Notes: a model not told the origin generated them from the letters alone. Positions 41,496 to 51,093 are shown, counted from the stretch's first letter. The stretch: 64,000 bases of DNA from Candidatus Poribacteria bacterium (GCA_965208325.1 OZ242326.1:320001-384000), one strand, 5' to 3'. Numbers and translations are program-made.

Positions 41496-41613
41496 TTTTC
41501 GATGGTAGGTTGCGCTGCGAAAAGCTAAATCTGCCTACAATAGCTGCAACCGGTTTTTCTGGCCACTGGCGGCTAGCCACTGGTCGCTGCTTCCCAACAA
41601 AGGAGAAATTGCT

Positions 41614-42027
41614 ATGAAAACGAAACACAGTCTTTTTATAAGCGGTATTGTTGGCGGAGTCATAGGGAGTTTGTTAACGGCGTCGTTGGTTTCACCAGTC
41701 ACAGCGCAAAGGGATAAGTTTGACACGATCCAGTGTTCGCGACTAGAGGTTGTTGATGAAACGGGCATGCCGAGGGTTGCTCTCATGACCGATGAAGGCA
41801 GTGGATTTGTCGGTATTGGTAGCAAAGATAAGGGATTTCTGACAATGGCAAGTCACTTTATAACTTTCGGTGGAAAGGAAAGCAAACCCGTGATAAGGCT
41901 CAGTATCGACGAACGAGGCGGGCATGTGTCTGTCTACGGCAAAGGCAAAGGTCAAGCGGCGATGGGAATCAACGAATACGGAAACGGCGTTGTGAGTACA
42001 TGGGACAAAAACGGCAATCGGCAGTAA
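41614..42027 (+). CDS. Secreted beta-rich hypothetical protein (SPVTAQ family) copy 1
   Basis: Signal-like N-terminus; SPVTAQRDKFDTIQCSRLEVVD; AAGGAG RBS. Confidence 0.8.
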   Translation: MKTKHSLFISGIVGGVIGSLLTASLVSPVTAQRDKFDTIQCSRLEVVDETGMPRVALMTDEGSGFVGIGSKDKGFLTMASHFITFGGKESKPVIRLSIDERGGHVSVYGKGKGQAAMGINEYGNGVVSTWDKNGNRQ

Positions 42028-42032
42028 ACTCA

Positions 42033-42170
42033 ATGACTGAAACACAACAAAATTTCACAATGCGACTACTAGATTTGAAAAGATGTTTAATGACGGGTAC
42101 ACTCATGTCTGTGATTTCCGACCTTGTTGCCACGGCGATTGGTACCCTTGCGAAGGACATTATACCTTAA
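42033..42170 (+). CDS. Possible 45-aa peptide
   Basis: Open frame MTETQQNF...AKDIIP filling the gap between the two paralogues; no clear RBS. Confidence 0.3.
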   Translation: MTETQQNFTMRLLDLKRCLMTGTLMSVISDLVATAIGTLAKDIIP

Positions 42171-42186
42171 CGAAGGAGGCATTAAA

Positions 42187-42612
42187 GTGTTTAAAGCGCA
42201 AAATTGGAAGATTGGGATGGTTTATGCGATGCTCGGAACGATAATCGGGTTGCTCCTTTCGCCTGTCACGGCGCAAAGGAATAAGTTTAACACAATCCAG
42301 TGCTCTCAGTTGGAAGTTGTTGATTATGCGGGCGAAGTGCAAGTGCATCTCGGTACGGATATCTATGGCGGTAGTCTCATAGTTTTCAGAGAAGGGGGCG
42401 GTTTTGTGACGATAGGTAGCTCTGAACACAATAGTGGCCTCTCGGTTTTTGACAAAGAAGAGGACTATTTAGTGATGATAAGTAACAATAAACACGGTGG
42501 ACAAGTGGGTGTCTTTAGCAAAGGCAAAGGCGATGCGACAATGGGCATAGACAAATCCGGCAACGGTGTTGTGGTGACTAAGGACAAAAACGGCTATCGA
42601 GATTGGAAGTAA
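42187..42612 (+). CDS. Secreted beta-rich hypothetical protein (SPVTAQ family) copy 2
   Basis: SPVTAQRNKFNTIQCSQLEVVD; GTG start after AAGGAGG. Confidence 0.8.
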   Translation: MFKAQNWKIGMVYAMLGTIIGLLLSPVTAQRNKFNTIQCSQLEVVDYAGEVQVHLGTDIYGGSLIVFREGGGFVTIGSSEHNSGLSVFDKEEDYLVMISNNKHGGQVGVFSKGKGDATMGIDKSGNGVVVTKDKNGYRDWK

Positions 42613-42633
42613 ACCCAAAGGAATAATGCAACC

Positions 42634-42855
42634 ATGCGAATGCGAGCGCTCATCGATAACGTTTTGCTGACTATGGCGGACGATGACGGAGACTATCTCA
42701 ACGATACCCGTATGCTTGCGTTTGCCGACAAAGCCCTTCGGGAAATAAACGAGCTTTGCCGCTCGATTCACGGCGCGCGTAAAATCAGTGTCAATGCAGA
42801 ACAAGCCAACTACGGAATGCTAGACACCTTTACCAGTTTCTGTAGGTTGGGTTAA
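42634..42855 (+). pseudogene. Truncated gene, possibly phage head-tail adaptor-like
   Basis: Stop supplied by the REP at 42841; N-terminal pattern loosely recalls phage adaptor proteins (weak). Confidence 0.4.
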
Positions 42856-42976
42856 GCGGGCCAAATTAAACACACGAAACATGTCGAACGGATATCGGCG
42901 TTTGAATACGTTCGGACCTTGTTAAGATACACCGAACCCAACCGAAAAAACTTAACATATAGAAAATTCCCAATAC

Positions 42977-43888
42977 ATGCATTACATACGCGGCAAGGCC
43001 AATAGATATTGGTACTGTGAAAGTTTATGGCAGTTATTTAAAGACCTCTTAAAAACTCCATTTGAAAATCAGCCTCAGACCGGCCCTTGGGGTGACGAGG
43101 TCCTAAGTAGAGGTTCCGACTACCATCGACGCGAAATCCTAGATCGCGGGAGGACAAATTTTGATGAACCATTTAATGGGCTTTCTCCCGATGATAAGGT
43201 GTTGATTTACTGTAATCATTATATGCCTATGCACCTTATTAGTTCGTATCAAATATTTCGTGTTCACTCGACATATTTTACGAATCTTCTCGCATCAGTT
43301 GATAATAATGTTGTCTTTATCGACTTTGGCTGCGGCCCATTAACTTCAGGTATTGCATTTTGGGCTTTTGCAAGGCGAAGCAACATTTTTTATTTGGGGG
43401 TTGATTCTTCACATGCCATGCGTGCAAAGGCGGAGAATGTCAACCAATATGGACCCTTCCAAGATTTGGATCCTTTCTTTAGCCGATTTAAACTCATTGG
43501 TAGCCTTACAAAACTGCCCAAAATATTAGACAATATCGTAACGAGGCATAATAAGATACTGATTGTATTCAACTTCTGCTACTTCCTCGCTAGCCGGTAA
43601 TTAGATGCCAATAACTTGAGTAACTTGAAAGATGTCATGGTTCGAATTGTGGAACAGCACAGTAGACAAAATATGTGCATGGTGTATCAAAACCCTGACT
43701 TACCGCAATTACATGAAAATTGGGAAATCCTCAAAGCTAACCTTTCGGGGTTTAGCAGTGTAACAAATGCACCCAATGTCACATGGTTCAACTATGAAAG
43801 CCTAATTACTGGTTCGCGCCACGAAACCACAGTTTACTATGATATACTTTGCAAAGACGAAATTCGACATCAGGAGGACCGGCAATGA
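42977..43888 (+). pseudogene. Class I SAM-dependent methyltransferase-like gene split by an in-frame TAA
   Basis: FIDFGCGP and YLGVDSS motifs; ORFs 42977..43600 and 43616..43888 are in the same frame. Confidence 0.7.
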
Positions 43889-44541
43889 CGCAACCAGCCC
43901 TCTTTCCCGATTTAGATCTTCAACCTCCTTCGCCACATCCTTCACCAAAAAATGAGGACGTTACTGATACAATCAAAGGATTCAATTACATTGAACACTA
44001 CATTGATAAAAATGAACATGAACGATTATTAAAACAGATTGACGAGAACTCGTGGCTACAAGATTTTAAGCGGCGTGTTCAGCATTATGGTTTCAAGTAC
44101 GACTACAAAGCGCGGAAAGTCAACTATGATATGCGTATTGGGCATTTGCCTGAGTGGCTGCAAATACTTGGTCAAAGATTACATGAGGATGGTCACATGC
44201 CGGCAAAACCAGATCAAGTTATTGTCAACGAGTACAAACCTGGGCAAGGGATTTCCAGTCACATTGATTGCGAACCTTGTTTTGAAAATATGATTGTCTC
44301 TCTGAGTTTGGGATCGAGTTGTATCATGGATTTCACGCACAAACTTGACAAGACAAAAAAAATGCCTGTTTGGCTTGCACCGCGAAGCATTATCGTATTG
44401 AAAGGTGAATCAAGATATTATTGGTTACACGGTATCGCTCCGAGAAAATCAGACCAGTGGGATGGTCAAACGTATAATAGACAACGCCGAGTATCGTTAA
44501 CATTCAGAAGGGTGATAATCGAAAACCCTTCAAGGGGATAA
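43885..44541 (+). CDS. AlkB family 2OG-Fe(II) dioxygenase
   Basis: RRVQHYG, VNEYKPGQGISSHID, WLHGI, RVSLTFR; AGGAGG-like RBS, ATGA overlap with the upstream stop. Confidence 0.9.
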   Translation: MTQPALFPDLDLQPPSPHPSPKNEDVTDTIKGFNYIEHYIDKNEHERLLKQIDENSWLQDFKRRVQHYGFKYDYKARKVNYDMRIGHLPEWLQILGQRLHEDGHMPAKPDQVIVNEYKPGQGISSHIDCEPCFENMIVSLSLGSSCIMDFTHKLDKTKKMPVWLAPRSIIVLKGESRYYWLHGIAPRKSDQWDGQTYNRQRRVSLTFRRVIIENPSRG

Positions 44542-44771
44542 CTGTTGCTCGAAGCTTTTTCGAATCTACACATCGGTTTAATTGGTTCGGCAGAGCGCAT
44601 CCGATGAAGTATGCCCTCCTTTAATCATTGCGCATCATTAAATCACACAAATCTCAGCCCCGAAAATAAAACCCTCTCAACCCCTTACTACCCCGTCAAT
44701 AACGCGATCACCCCTCTCTTTCAGCTATACCACTTGACAACTGTTACAATATATGGTAATATTTTACCGTT

Positions 44772-45275
44772 ATGCTAAAGCAAGAATTATGCTTTAGCGA
44801 ATCGGACATCGACTTCACAATCGATCTCTTCGCGCACTACGGCGACGGCAAAGCCAACGCCAATCGCGTCATTGAGGAATTGTGTGAATACTTTGGGATA
44901 GCGGACAACGCAAGTAACCATAAACTGTTGTCAAACAAAATCCGCACCTTTAATCCCAACAGAAAGGATTGCGCCGATCAGTATCGCAAGCGTTATCTTA
45001 TGAAACGCACAGACAATCTCAAAAATAGACACGAACCCGACGGAATCTATTCGCGGCATAAACAGAAAATCTATTACCGCGCCGTTGACGTGTTGTATGA
45101 AGAGATGACGCCAGCGCTCGCGCTCAAGGTCATTGAAGCCGAAGACCGATTTGCTATCGAAAACAAAAACTTAAACTTACAAGAAAGGATCGAACGCGAA
45201 TGTTTAGCTGACGATACGGGAGATAGTTCTTTCCGTCATGGCGAAACGCAGCCAGATTTACAGCAACCACAGTAG
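44772..45275 (+). CDS. Hypothetical protein, candidate terminase small subunit
   Basis: 167-aa helical protein overlapping the terL start; position only, no motif recognised. Confidence 0.45.
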   Translation: MLKQELCFSESDIDFTIDLFAHYGDGKANANRVIEELCEYFGIADNASNHKLLSNKIRTFNPNRKDCADQYRKRYLMKRTDNLKNRHEPDGIYSRHKQKIYYRAVDVLYEEMTPALALKVIEAEDRFAIENKNLNLQERIERECLADDTGDSSFRHGETQPDLQQPQ

Positions 45276-47049
45276 GTTTCTGAAAATCTATCGCGCAAAT
45301 CATAATGCCCGCGCACTGCACGCCGTCGAGAGAACTGAAGAGGAACAAGACATCTATCTCCGCGGTTTTGATGATGTCTTAGTCTTTGCCAAGACCCATT
45401 TCCCGGACGTATTCACGGTGAAATGCGGTCCGCACGCGTCTCCTATCCTAAACTGCATTCCCGCCGGTGACCGCGGAAGGCGTGCCAATATCATTGCGCC
45501 CAGAGGATGCGGCAAAAGCACTTACATCGCCGTCATCTACGTACTCCACTGTGTCTACTACAAAGAGGAATACGAGCGCCGCGGATTAATGCCCGATAGC
45601 TTCATTATGATCGTAAGCGGCACTGAAGAACTTGCCACTGACCGCCTGCGCGACATCCGTATCAAAATCGAAGACCATCCCACCTTCCGCCACTTAAAAG
45701 GTCAAGCCAACTGGAGCGCTGATCTCCTCGAAACCCGAAACGGCGTTCGCATCTTGCGCGTCGGCAGGCGCGGCAGAATCCGCGGGCAACTCAAAGACCT
45801 TGCCCGACCCACGCTCATTATCCTCGACGATGTAGAAAACGGTGAGGAAATCCAAAACCCCAAAATCCGCGATAAAAACTGGAAATGGTTCAACGAGGAT
45901 GTTATGCCTGCCGGTCGTATCGACGGCAAGACGAACTTCATTCACATTGACACCGTAAAGCACGAAGAAGCCATCTCCAAACGACTGCATCTCCTTCCAG
46001 ACTGGTACACCCAATTCTACCGTGCTATTGAGAATCCCGTAGACCTGCGCCACCCCGCCGCCGAGCCGTTGTGGGAAGATTGGGAGAAAATCTATACGGA
46101 CATGACGCTCGAAAAAGACGAACGCGACCGCCGGGCGCGCGCATTTTTCGAGCGTCACAAGGGTGAAATGCTGGATGGCGTGCAAGAACTCTGGCCGGAA
46201 ATGCTCTCGTATACCTACATCCGGCGGCTCATCTGCAACGAAGGTTACATTTCCGTCATGCGCGAGCGTCAAAACTCGACGCGCGACCCTTCAAAAGAAA
46301 TCTTCAACATGGAGAGTGCCGTTCGCTTCAAAATCACGCCCGACGGACTCTTGAGAAGCGACGGACGCATAGTCCACTGGAGCGATATCGCTGGCGCCAC
46401 CGTTTTCCTCGATTGGGCTGGCGGCAAGGACGCTTACGATTCCTGCTTCGCCGCCGCTGTGTTCGTGTTGTGGGTACCGCTGCCCCACGCGAATATGAAA
46501 CGCCGCCGCGACCCGATCGCCGCCCTCTCTAACGCCCACGCCTACGTGCTTGATGTCTGGATGGACAAAGTGCCTGTCACTGCGCAATTAGAAGAGACAT
46601 TTAAACTCATTAAGCGTTGCGTCAGCGCAGTGCCGCACGTTCGTTTCGATTCCATCATGCTCGCTGTCGAGGACATCCCGAAAGACACCGGCAACGCGAT
46701 GCACGACATGATTAATCGGGCGTTCGAGGTTGCGCGGAAAAAGTATCAGATGACCTCGCTCGTCCGCATGCAGTACTACCCGCGAAGCATGCGAAAGTTA
46801 GACCGTATCGCCGCCTTGGAACCGCCTATCACCAACGGCTGGATTGCATTCAACGAGACGCTATCCGAGGAGTTTATGCGTCAGTTGCGGCAATTCCCCA
46901 CCGGCGATTTCTGCGACGGACCCGACGCTTTGCAAGGCGCAATAGAGTTGCCCATTACCCGCTTCCCCGCCGAACGGCTGCCGAACGGAATGCCGGAAGA
47001 TGACGATTCGGACCAAATGATGCACATTGTAAGGAGCTATCTATCATGA
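45238..47049 (+). CDS. Phage terminase large subunit
   Basis: Walker A APRGCGKS, Walker B LIILDDVE, RNase H-like FLDWAGG, VE and FP..DFCDGPDAL. Confidence 0.85.
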   Translation: MAKRSQIYSNHSRFLKIYRANHNARALHAVERTEEEQDIYLRGFDDVLVFAKTHFPDVFTVKCGPHASPILNCIPAGDRGRRANIIAPRGCGKSTYIAVIYVLHCVYYKEEYERRGLMPDSFIMIVSGTEELATDRLRDIRIKIEDHPTFRHLKGQANWSADLLETRNGVRILRVGRRGRIRGQLKDLARPTLIILDDVENGEEIQNPKIRDKNWKWFNEDVMPAGRIDGKTNFIHIDTVKHEEAISKRLHLLPDWYTQFYRAIENPVDLRHPAAEPLWEDWEKIYTDMTLEKDERDRRARAFFERHKGEMLDGVQELWPEMLSYTYIRRLICNEGYISVMRERQNSTRDPSKEIFNMESAVRFKITPDGLLRSDGRIVHWSDIAGATVFLDWAGGKDAYDSCFAAAVFVLWVPLPHANMKRRRDPIAALSNAHAYVLDVWMDKVPVTAQLEETFKLIKRCVSAVPHVRFDSIMLAVEDIPKDTGNAMHDMINRAFEVARKKYQMTSLVRMQYYPRSMRKLDRIAALEPPITNGWIAFNETLSEEFMRQLRQFPTGDFCDGPDALQGAIELPITRFPAERLPNGMPEDDDSDQMMHIVRSYLS

Positions 47050-47291
47050 CTGAATTATCAATAATATCTGAATTAACTAACCCGAAAAAGGCTTCAAAAA
47101 TGAGCATTCTCAACTTATTTTTTCAAATGCTCACAAATGCTCAACCCTGCAAACCCGCTCCCTGTCTAGCTTCGTGCCCATTTTCGCCAATTTTCGTATA
47201 TTTCAAATGCTCACAGAATGCTCAAATCAAAAATCCCAAATCTTGTTCCCAATCGGGTCGCCAAAACCCCAAATCTTTAACAGATTTTGTA

Positions 47292-47330
47292 TTGACTTGT
47301 GTCGAATAATATAATATTATATTAAGTAAA
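47292..47330 (+). promoter_or_regulatory. Third copy of the module-B promoter
   Basis: TTGACT-17-TATTAT followed by attaagtaaat, as at 31413 and 41445. Confidence 0.7.
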
Positions 47331-47441
47331 TACAAATAAAGTATTCAGTGGGTGGTTAAACGTCTTTACTAGCCACTGTCCACTAGTCACTAACCACTGT
47401 TTTTGAAAGGGAGATTTAACATGTTTAGGATTCAGATTTTT

Positions 47442-47552
47442 TTGCGCCGTGGCAGGCGACGCTAACATCCCGATAATTGTGCAAAGGCACCCAAACAAAC
47501 TACCGAACCCAATATAGACCAACTTAATTTTCCAATGCTGACTGTTACACAC
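47442..47552 (-). pseudogene. 5' fragment of an SPVTAQ-family gene in inverted orientation
   Basis: QHWKIKLVY...TIIGMLASPATAQ matches the N-terminus of 42187; AAGGAGG RBS; similarity stops after TAQ. Confidence 0.7.
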
Positions 47553-48136
47553 TGTGTTTCCCTCCTTTTTTTATGTTACGGACTAAGCCCTCAAATAATT
47601 CGCGGATACCGACACTCCCAAAATTCCAATCGTCCCAAGGCGTACGGTGTGGCAGTTGGAAAACACGCCAAAATTTCATAGTTAACTTCCGCGCCGACTT
47701 CGGTGCGAACAGCTCTAAACCCAGTGTTAGACTGAATTTGCGCGTTTTTTCGTCCCCATAAAATCGCTGTGTTGCGTAGGAAAACTATGAAAACTATGAA
47801 ATTTTCACACAATCACTCGTTAAATTTAACCATAACCGAATGTATCCGCGCAACGATTTTCTCAGGCGCATCCCTGATAAAGCGTTTAACTCGCTTTTTC
47901 GGCTGAAACCGCTATTCGCGAGTGCAACCTTAACAATCGAATTTTACCGAGATTAGTGCAGGACAGATGTAATTGGCATCACGGTTGGCGTGTTGACACG
48001 CATTCCGCTATGATTTAATATAACGCATTTTCCCAGAGAAGTTGATTTTTTTCGGTAATGCCGCCCCAAGAACGCACAATTCATTTCCCCAAAACGAACT
48101 AGACAGGGAAGGTAACATCTCTGTAAACAATGAAAA

Positions 48137-48291
48137 TAGGACCTACCCAGCTCAGTTTGTAGTAGCGCAACTTATTGCGCGTCCGGCAGATAGGTCACGT
48201 CCTTGTACATCACCTGACATATTTTTTATGTAAAAACGGGCAATAAATTGTCCTACTATGAACCTTTGGACGTTCAACAGCGTAACTCCTA
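48137..48291. repeat. MITE/REPIN-like element with degenerate taggacttacgca-type ends and inner inverted REP pair
   Basis: taggacctaccca ... agcgtaactccta; inner gtagtagcgcaacttattgcgcgt / acgggcaataaattgtcctactat. Confidence 0.65.
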
Positions 48292-48507
48292 CCACTATCA
48301 CATCTGATTGACATTATTGAATATAAGGCAGCGGTAAAAACCCCAGATTAGGTCGGTTTTTGCTGGTAGCTTCGCCGCTTCTAGTGTATAATATTGTAAA
48401 TTAAATCGGCACAGGCATTACTGTTAAACGAGATTTTCATCATTACTCAGAAATTCAACCGGTTTGCTTGGATCAAGCTTGTCTTATTCGATAATTCGAT
48501 TGGCGGC

Positions 48508-51093
48508 TTGAATGGAGTCATTGCCATGATAGGGCGGTGCAATTTCACGATTTTTGTCGCGGCGATATTGCTGATGCTATGGGGTCCGCATGCGCTAGAC
48601 GCTAGTGAGCCTGATCAGGCGGTTCAAGATGAGCAATATGCGTTCTTTGAAGCAAAAATACGTCCGGTTTTAGTGAACACCTGTTTCCAATGTCACGGGG
48701 GGGAGCAGACCAACAATGGTCTACGCGTAGATTCCCGCGAAGCACTGCTTGAAGGCGGCATTTATGGGCCAGCGATAGTGCCGAACGAGCCCGATGCGAG
48801 TTTGATGATTGAAGCCATACGGCACAATGAGACAGCGTACGTAACGATGCCGCCCGACGAAAAATTGCCCGACCATGTTGTAAGGGATTTCGAGGCTTGG
48901 GTGAAGACTGGCGCAATTTGGCCGCCGGAAACCGATTGGCAGACTAACGACGCGGTGAAAGCGGACGAACATTGGGCATTTTTACCGGTAAAAGCAGTTG
49001 AGCCGCCGACCGATTTCTCGAATTGGTCTGATCATCCAATCGATCGGTTCATCAGCGTGCAGCGGGTCGAGCGGGGTTTAAATCCAAATCCGCCGGCGGA
49101 AAAGCGTACGCTCATGCGCCGCGTCTACTTTGATCTCGTAGGATTACCGCCGACACCGGAAGAAGTGTACGCATTTTTGGCGGACACGTCGCCGCATGCG
49201 TTAGAACGTCTCGTCGAACGCTTGCTGGCTTCACCGCGGTATGGCGAGCGTTGGGGGCGGCACTGGATGGATGTGGTACGTTACGCCGATACTGCCGGCG
49301 ATAACGCTGATTACCCTATACCGGAAGCGCACCTTTACCGTGACTACATCATCGATTCGTTCAACGCGGACAAACCGTACGACCAGTTTGTTCAGGAACA
49401 GCTAGCCGGTGATATTCTCGCCAACAATGCACCGCTTCAGCAATACGCCGAAAACATAATTGCTACGGGATTCATCGCTTTATCTCGCCGGTTCGGCACC
49501 GGGCCGCTTCAATTGAAGCATCTAATCATCGAAGACTCGATTGACACAACGGGACGCGCATTCTTAGGATTGACGATGCGCTGCGCTCGCTGTCATGACC
49601 ACAAGTTCGAGCCGATTACCATGCAAGATTACTATGCCATGTATGGCATATTCGACAGCACAACCTATCCGTACCCCGGCTCCGAGTCATTTCAAACTGA
49701 TCGAAATCCGCGTACAAATTTCGTGCCGCTGCAGCCTCCTGAGCAAGTTCAACCGCAAATTGACGCTTATCAAGCCGAGTTGAGTCAGCGCCGAAAAGAG
49801 ATTGAACAGCTGGAACATGAAGGCGAGCTAGCGGAAAAACGAAATTCAATCAAACAACAAATTGAATCGTTGCGAGAGCAGATTAAAACACTGAAAGCGG
49901 ATGGCGGCGATACTAAAGACCTCGAATCGCAGTTACCTGAGCTGTCGACGCAGCAAAACGAACTCAGGGACAAAATTAACCACCAAAAAGGCGATCTGAA
50001 GCGAAAATTGCCGCGTTCTGATCTACCGGCGGACATACCTCAAGCTTATGCAGTTAAAGATGGAGAAGCGAAAGATGCGCACATCCACCGGCGCGGCGAC
50101 CCAGCGCAGTCGGGGCCTGCAATAAGGCGGGATGTGCCGAAATTCCTTAACAACGGTAAGACGCTTGAAATTCCGGACGGTCAAAGCGGACGCTTGCAAC
50201 TGGCGCAGTGGCTTACTGACCCGGCGAACCCGTTGACGGCGCGGGTAATGGTCAATCGAATTTGGCAATATCACTTTGGGAAAGGAATCGTTTCTACCCC
50301 GTCGAATTTTGGTCGTAACGGCGCTAAGCCGACACACCCGCTTTTGATTGATTATTTGGCAACGCGCTTTATCGAAAGCGGTTGGTCGGTAAAGGCGATG
50401 CACCGACTAATTCTTTCATCGAAGACTTACCAACTGGCGAGCAGCGGCAACGTACAGAACGCCGTTGTCGACCCGTCAAACGATTACTATTGGCGATTCG
50501 ATCGGCGACGGCTTGACGCAGAAGCCTTACGCGATGCCGTGATGAACATCAGCGGTTTACTGGATTTAAGCCGGCCGGGAGCGCATCCGTTTCCGCCAAT
50601 AGAAAAATGGTTCTGGTCGCAGCACGTGCCGTTTCCTTACGATAACGTGACTGGCCGCTTCGTACCAACGCCGTATCCCTCGAACCACCGCACCGTTTAT
50701 CTGATGACGCAGCGGCTTCAATACCATCCGTTTCTCGGACTATTTGACGGACCTGATACGAACACGACTACTGGAGTACGCACCAGTTCTACGGTACCCC
50801 AGCAATCTCTATATCTCATGAACAATCCGTGGGCTTACGCGCAAGCCCAAGAATTTAGTAAACGCTTGATTGCGTTTTCACAGGATCCTTTAGAACGCGT
50901 TAACCGCGCACATTTGCTCGCTTATGGCCGCGAGGCAACCACCGAAGAAAAGCAGCTTGCTGAAGCGTATATTAAACGTGTAGTTGAAAACCTTCAAACC
51001 AACGAATTCACTCCCGAACAATGGGAGGTGGAAGTGTGGAACAGTTACGCACAGGTGTTGTTAAGATCTAATGAATTACTTTACATTGACTAA
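48508..51093 (+). CDS. PSD1 / planctomycete cytochrome c protein (DUF1549 + DUF1553)
   Basis: CFQCH, CARCHDHK, YGERWGRHWMD, ARVMVNRIWQYHFG. Confidence 0.92.
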   Translation: MNGVIAMIGRCNFTIFVAAILLMLWGPHALDASEPDQAVQDEQYAFFEAKIRPVLVNTCFQCHGGEQTNNGLRVDSREALLEGGIYGPAIVPNEPDASLMIEAIRHNETAYVTMPPDEKLPDHVVRDFEAWVKTGAIWPPETDWQTNDAVKADEHWAFLPVKAVEPPTDFSNWSDHPIDRFISVQRVERGLNPNPPAEKRTLMRRVYFDLVGLPPTPEEVYAFLADTSPHALERLVERLLASPRYGERWGRHWMDVVRYADTAGDNADYPIPEAHLYRDYIIDSFNADKPYDQFVQEQLAGDILANNAPLQQYAENIIATGFIALSRRFGTGPLQLKHLIIEDSIDTTGRAFLGLTMRCARCHDHKFEPITMQDYYAMYGIFDSTTYPYPGSESFQTDRNPRTNFVPLQPPEQVQPQIDAYQAELSQRRKEIEQLEHEGELAEKRNSIKQQIESLREQIKTLKADGGDTKDLESQLPELSTQQNELRDKINHQKGDLKRKLPRSDLPADIPQAYAVKDGEAKDAHIHRRGDPAQSGPAIRRDVPKFLNNGKTLEIPDGQSGRLQLAQWLTDPANPLTARVMVNRIWQYHFGKGIVSTPSNFGRNGAKPTHPLLIDYLATRFIESGWSVKAMHRLILSSKTYQLASSGNVQNAVVDPSNDYYWRFDRRRLDAEALRDAVMNISGLLDLSRPGAHPFPPIEKWFWSQHVPFPYDNVTGRFVPTPYPSNHRTVYLMTQRLQYHPFLGLFDGPDTNTTTGVRTSSTVPQQSLYLMNNPWAYAQAQEFSKRLIAFSQDPLERVNRAHLLAYGREATTEEKQLAEAYIKRVVENLQTNEFTPEQWEVEVWNSYAQVLLRSNELLYID

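Larger units (their letters stand above)
30556..48291 (+). mobile_element. Accessory island / decayed prophage-like region with repeat-separated co-oriented genes
   Basis: Low coding density, many reiterated intergenic modules, pseudogenes, terminase, HNH, HEPN; no integrase seen; boundaries approximate. Confidence 0.65.

Noticed and set aside
30600..43000. CRISPR array interpretation of the recurring TGTAGG repeats
   Set aside because: Repeats are degenerate, irregularly spaced and separated by whole genes; no cas genes
43598..43600. Stop-codon recoding or alternative genetic code in the island
   Set aside because: The two interruptions use different codons (TAA, TGA), and both terminate normal genes here; mutation or sequencing error is simpler
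47046..47309. 87-aa ORF after terL as a portal remnant
   Set aside because: Low-complexity aaatgctca repeats and no portal-like features
30556..48291. Complete prophage or classical integron
   Set aside because: No integrase/IntI, portal, capsid, tail or lysis gene recognised; no tRNA or att duplication seen; canonical attC boxes not established
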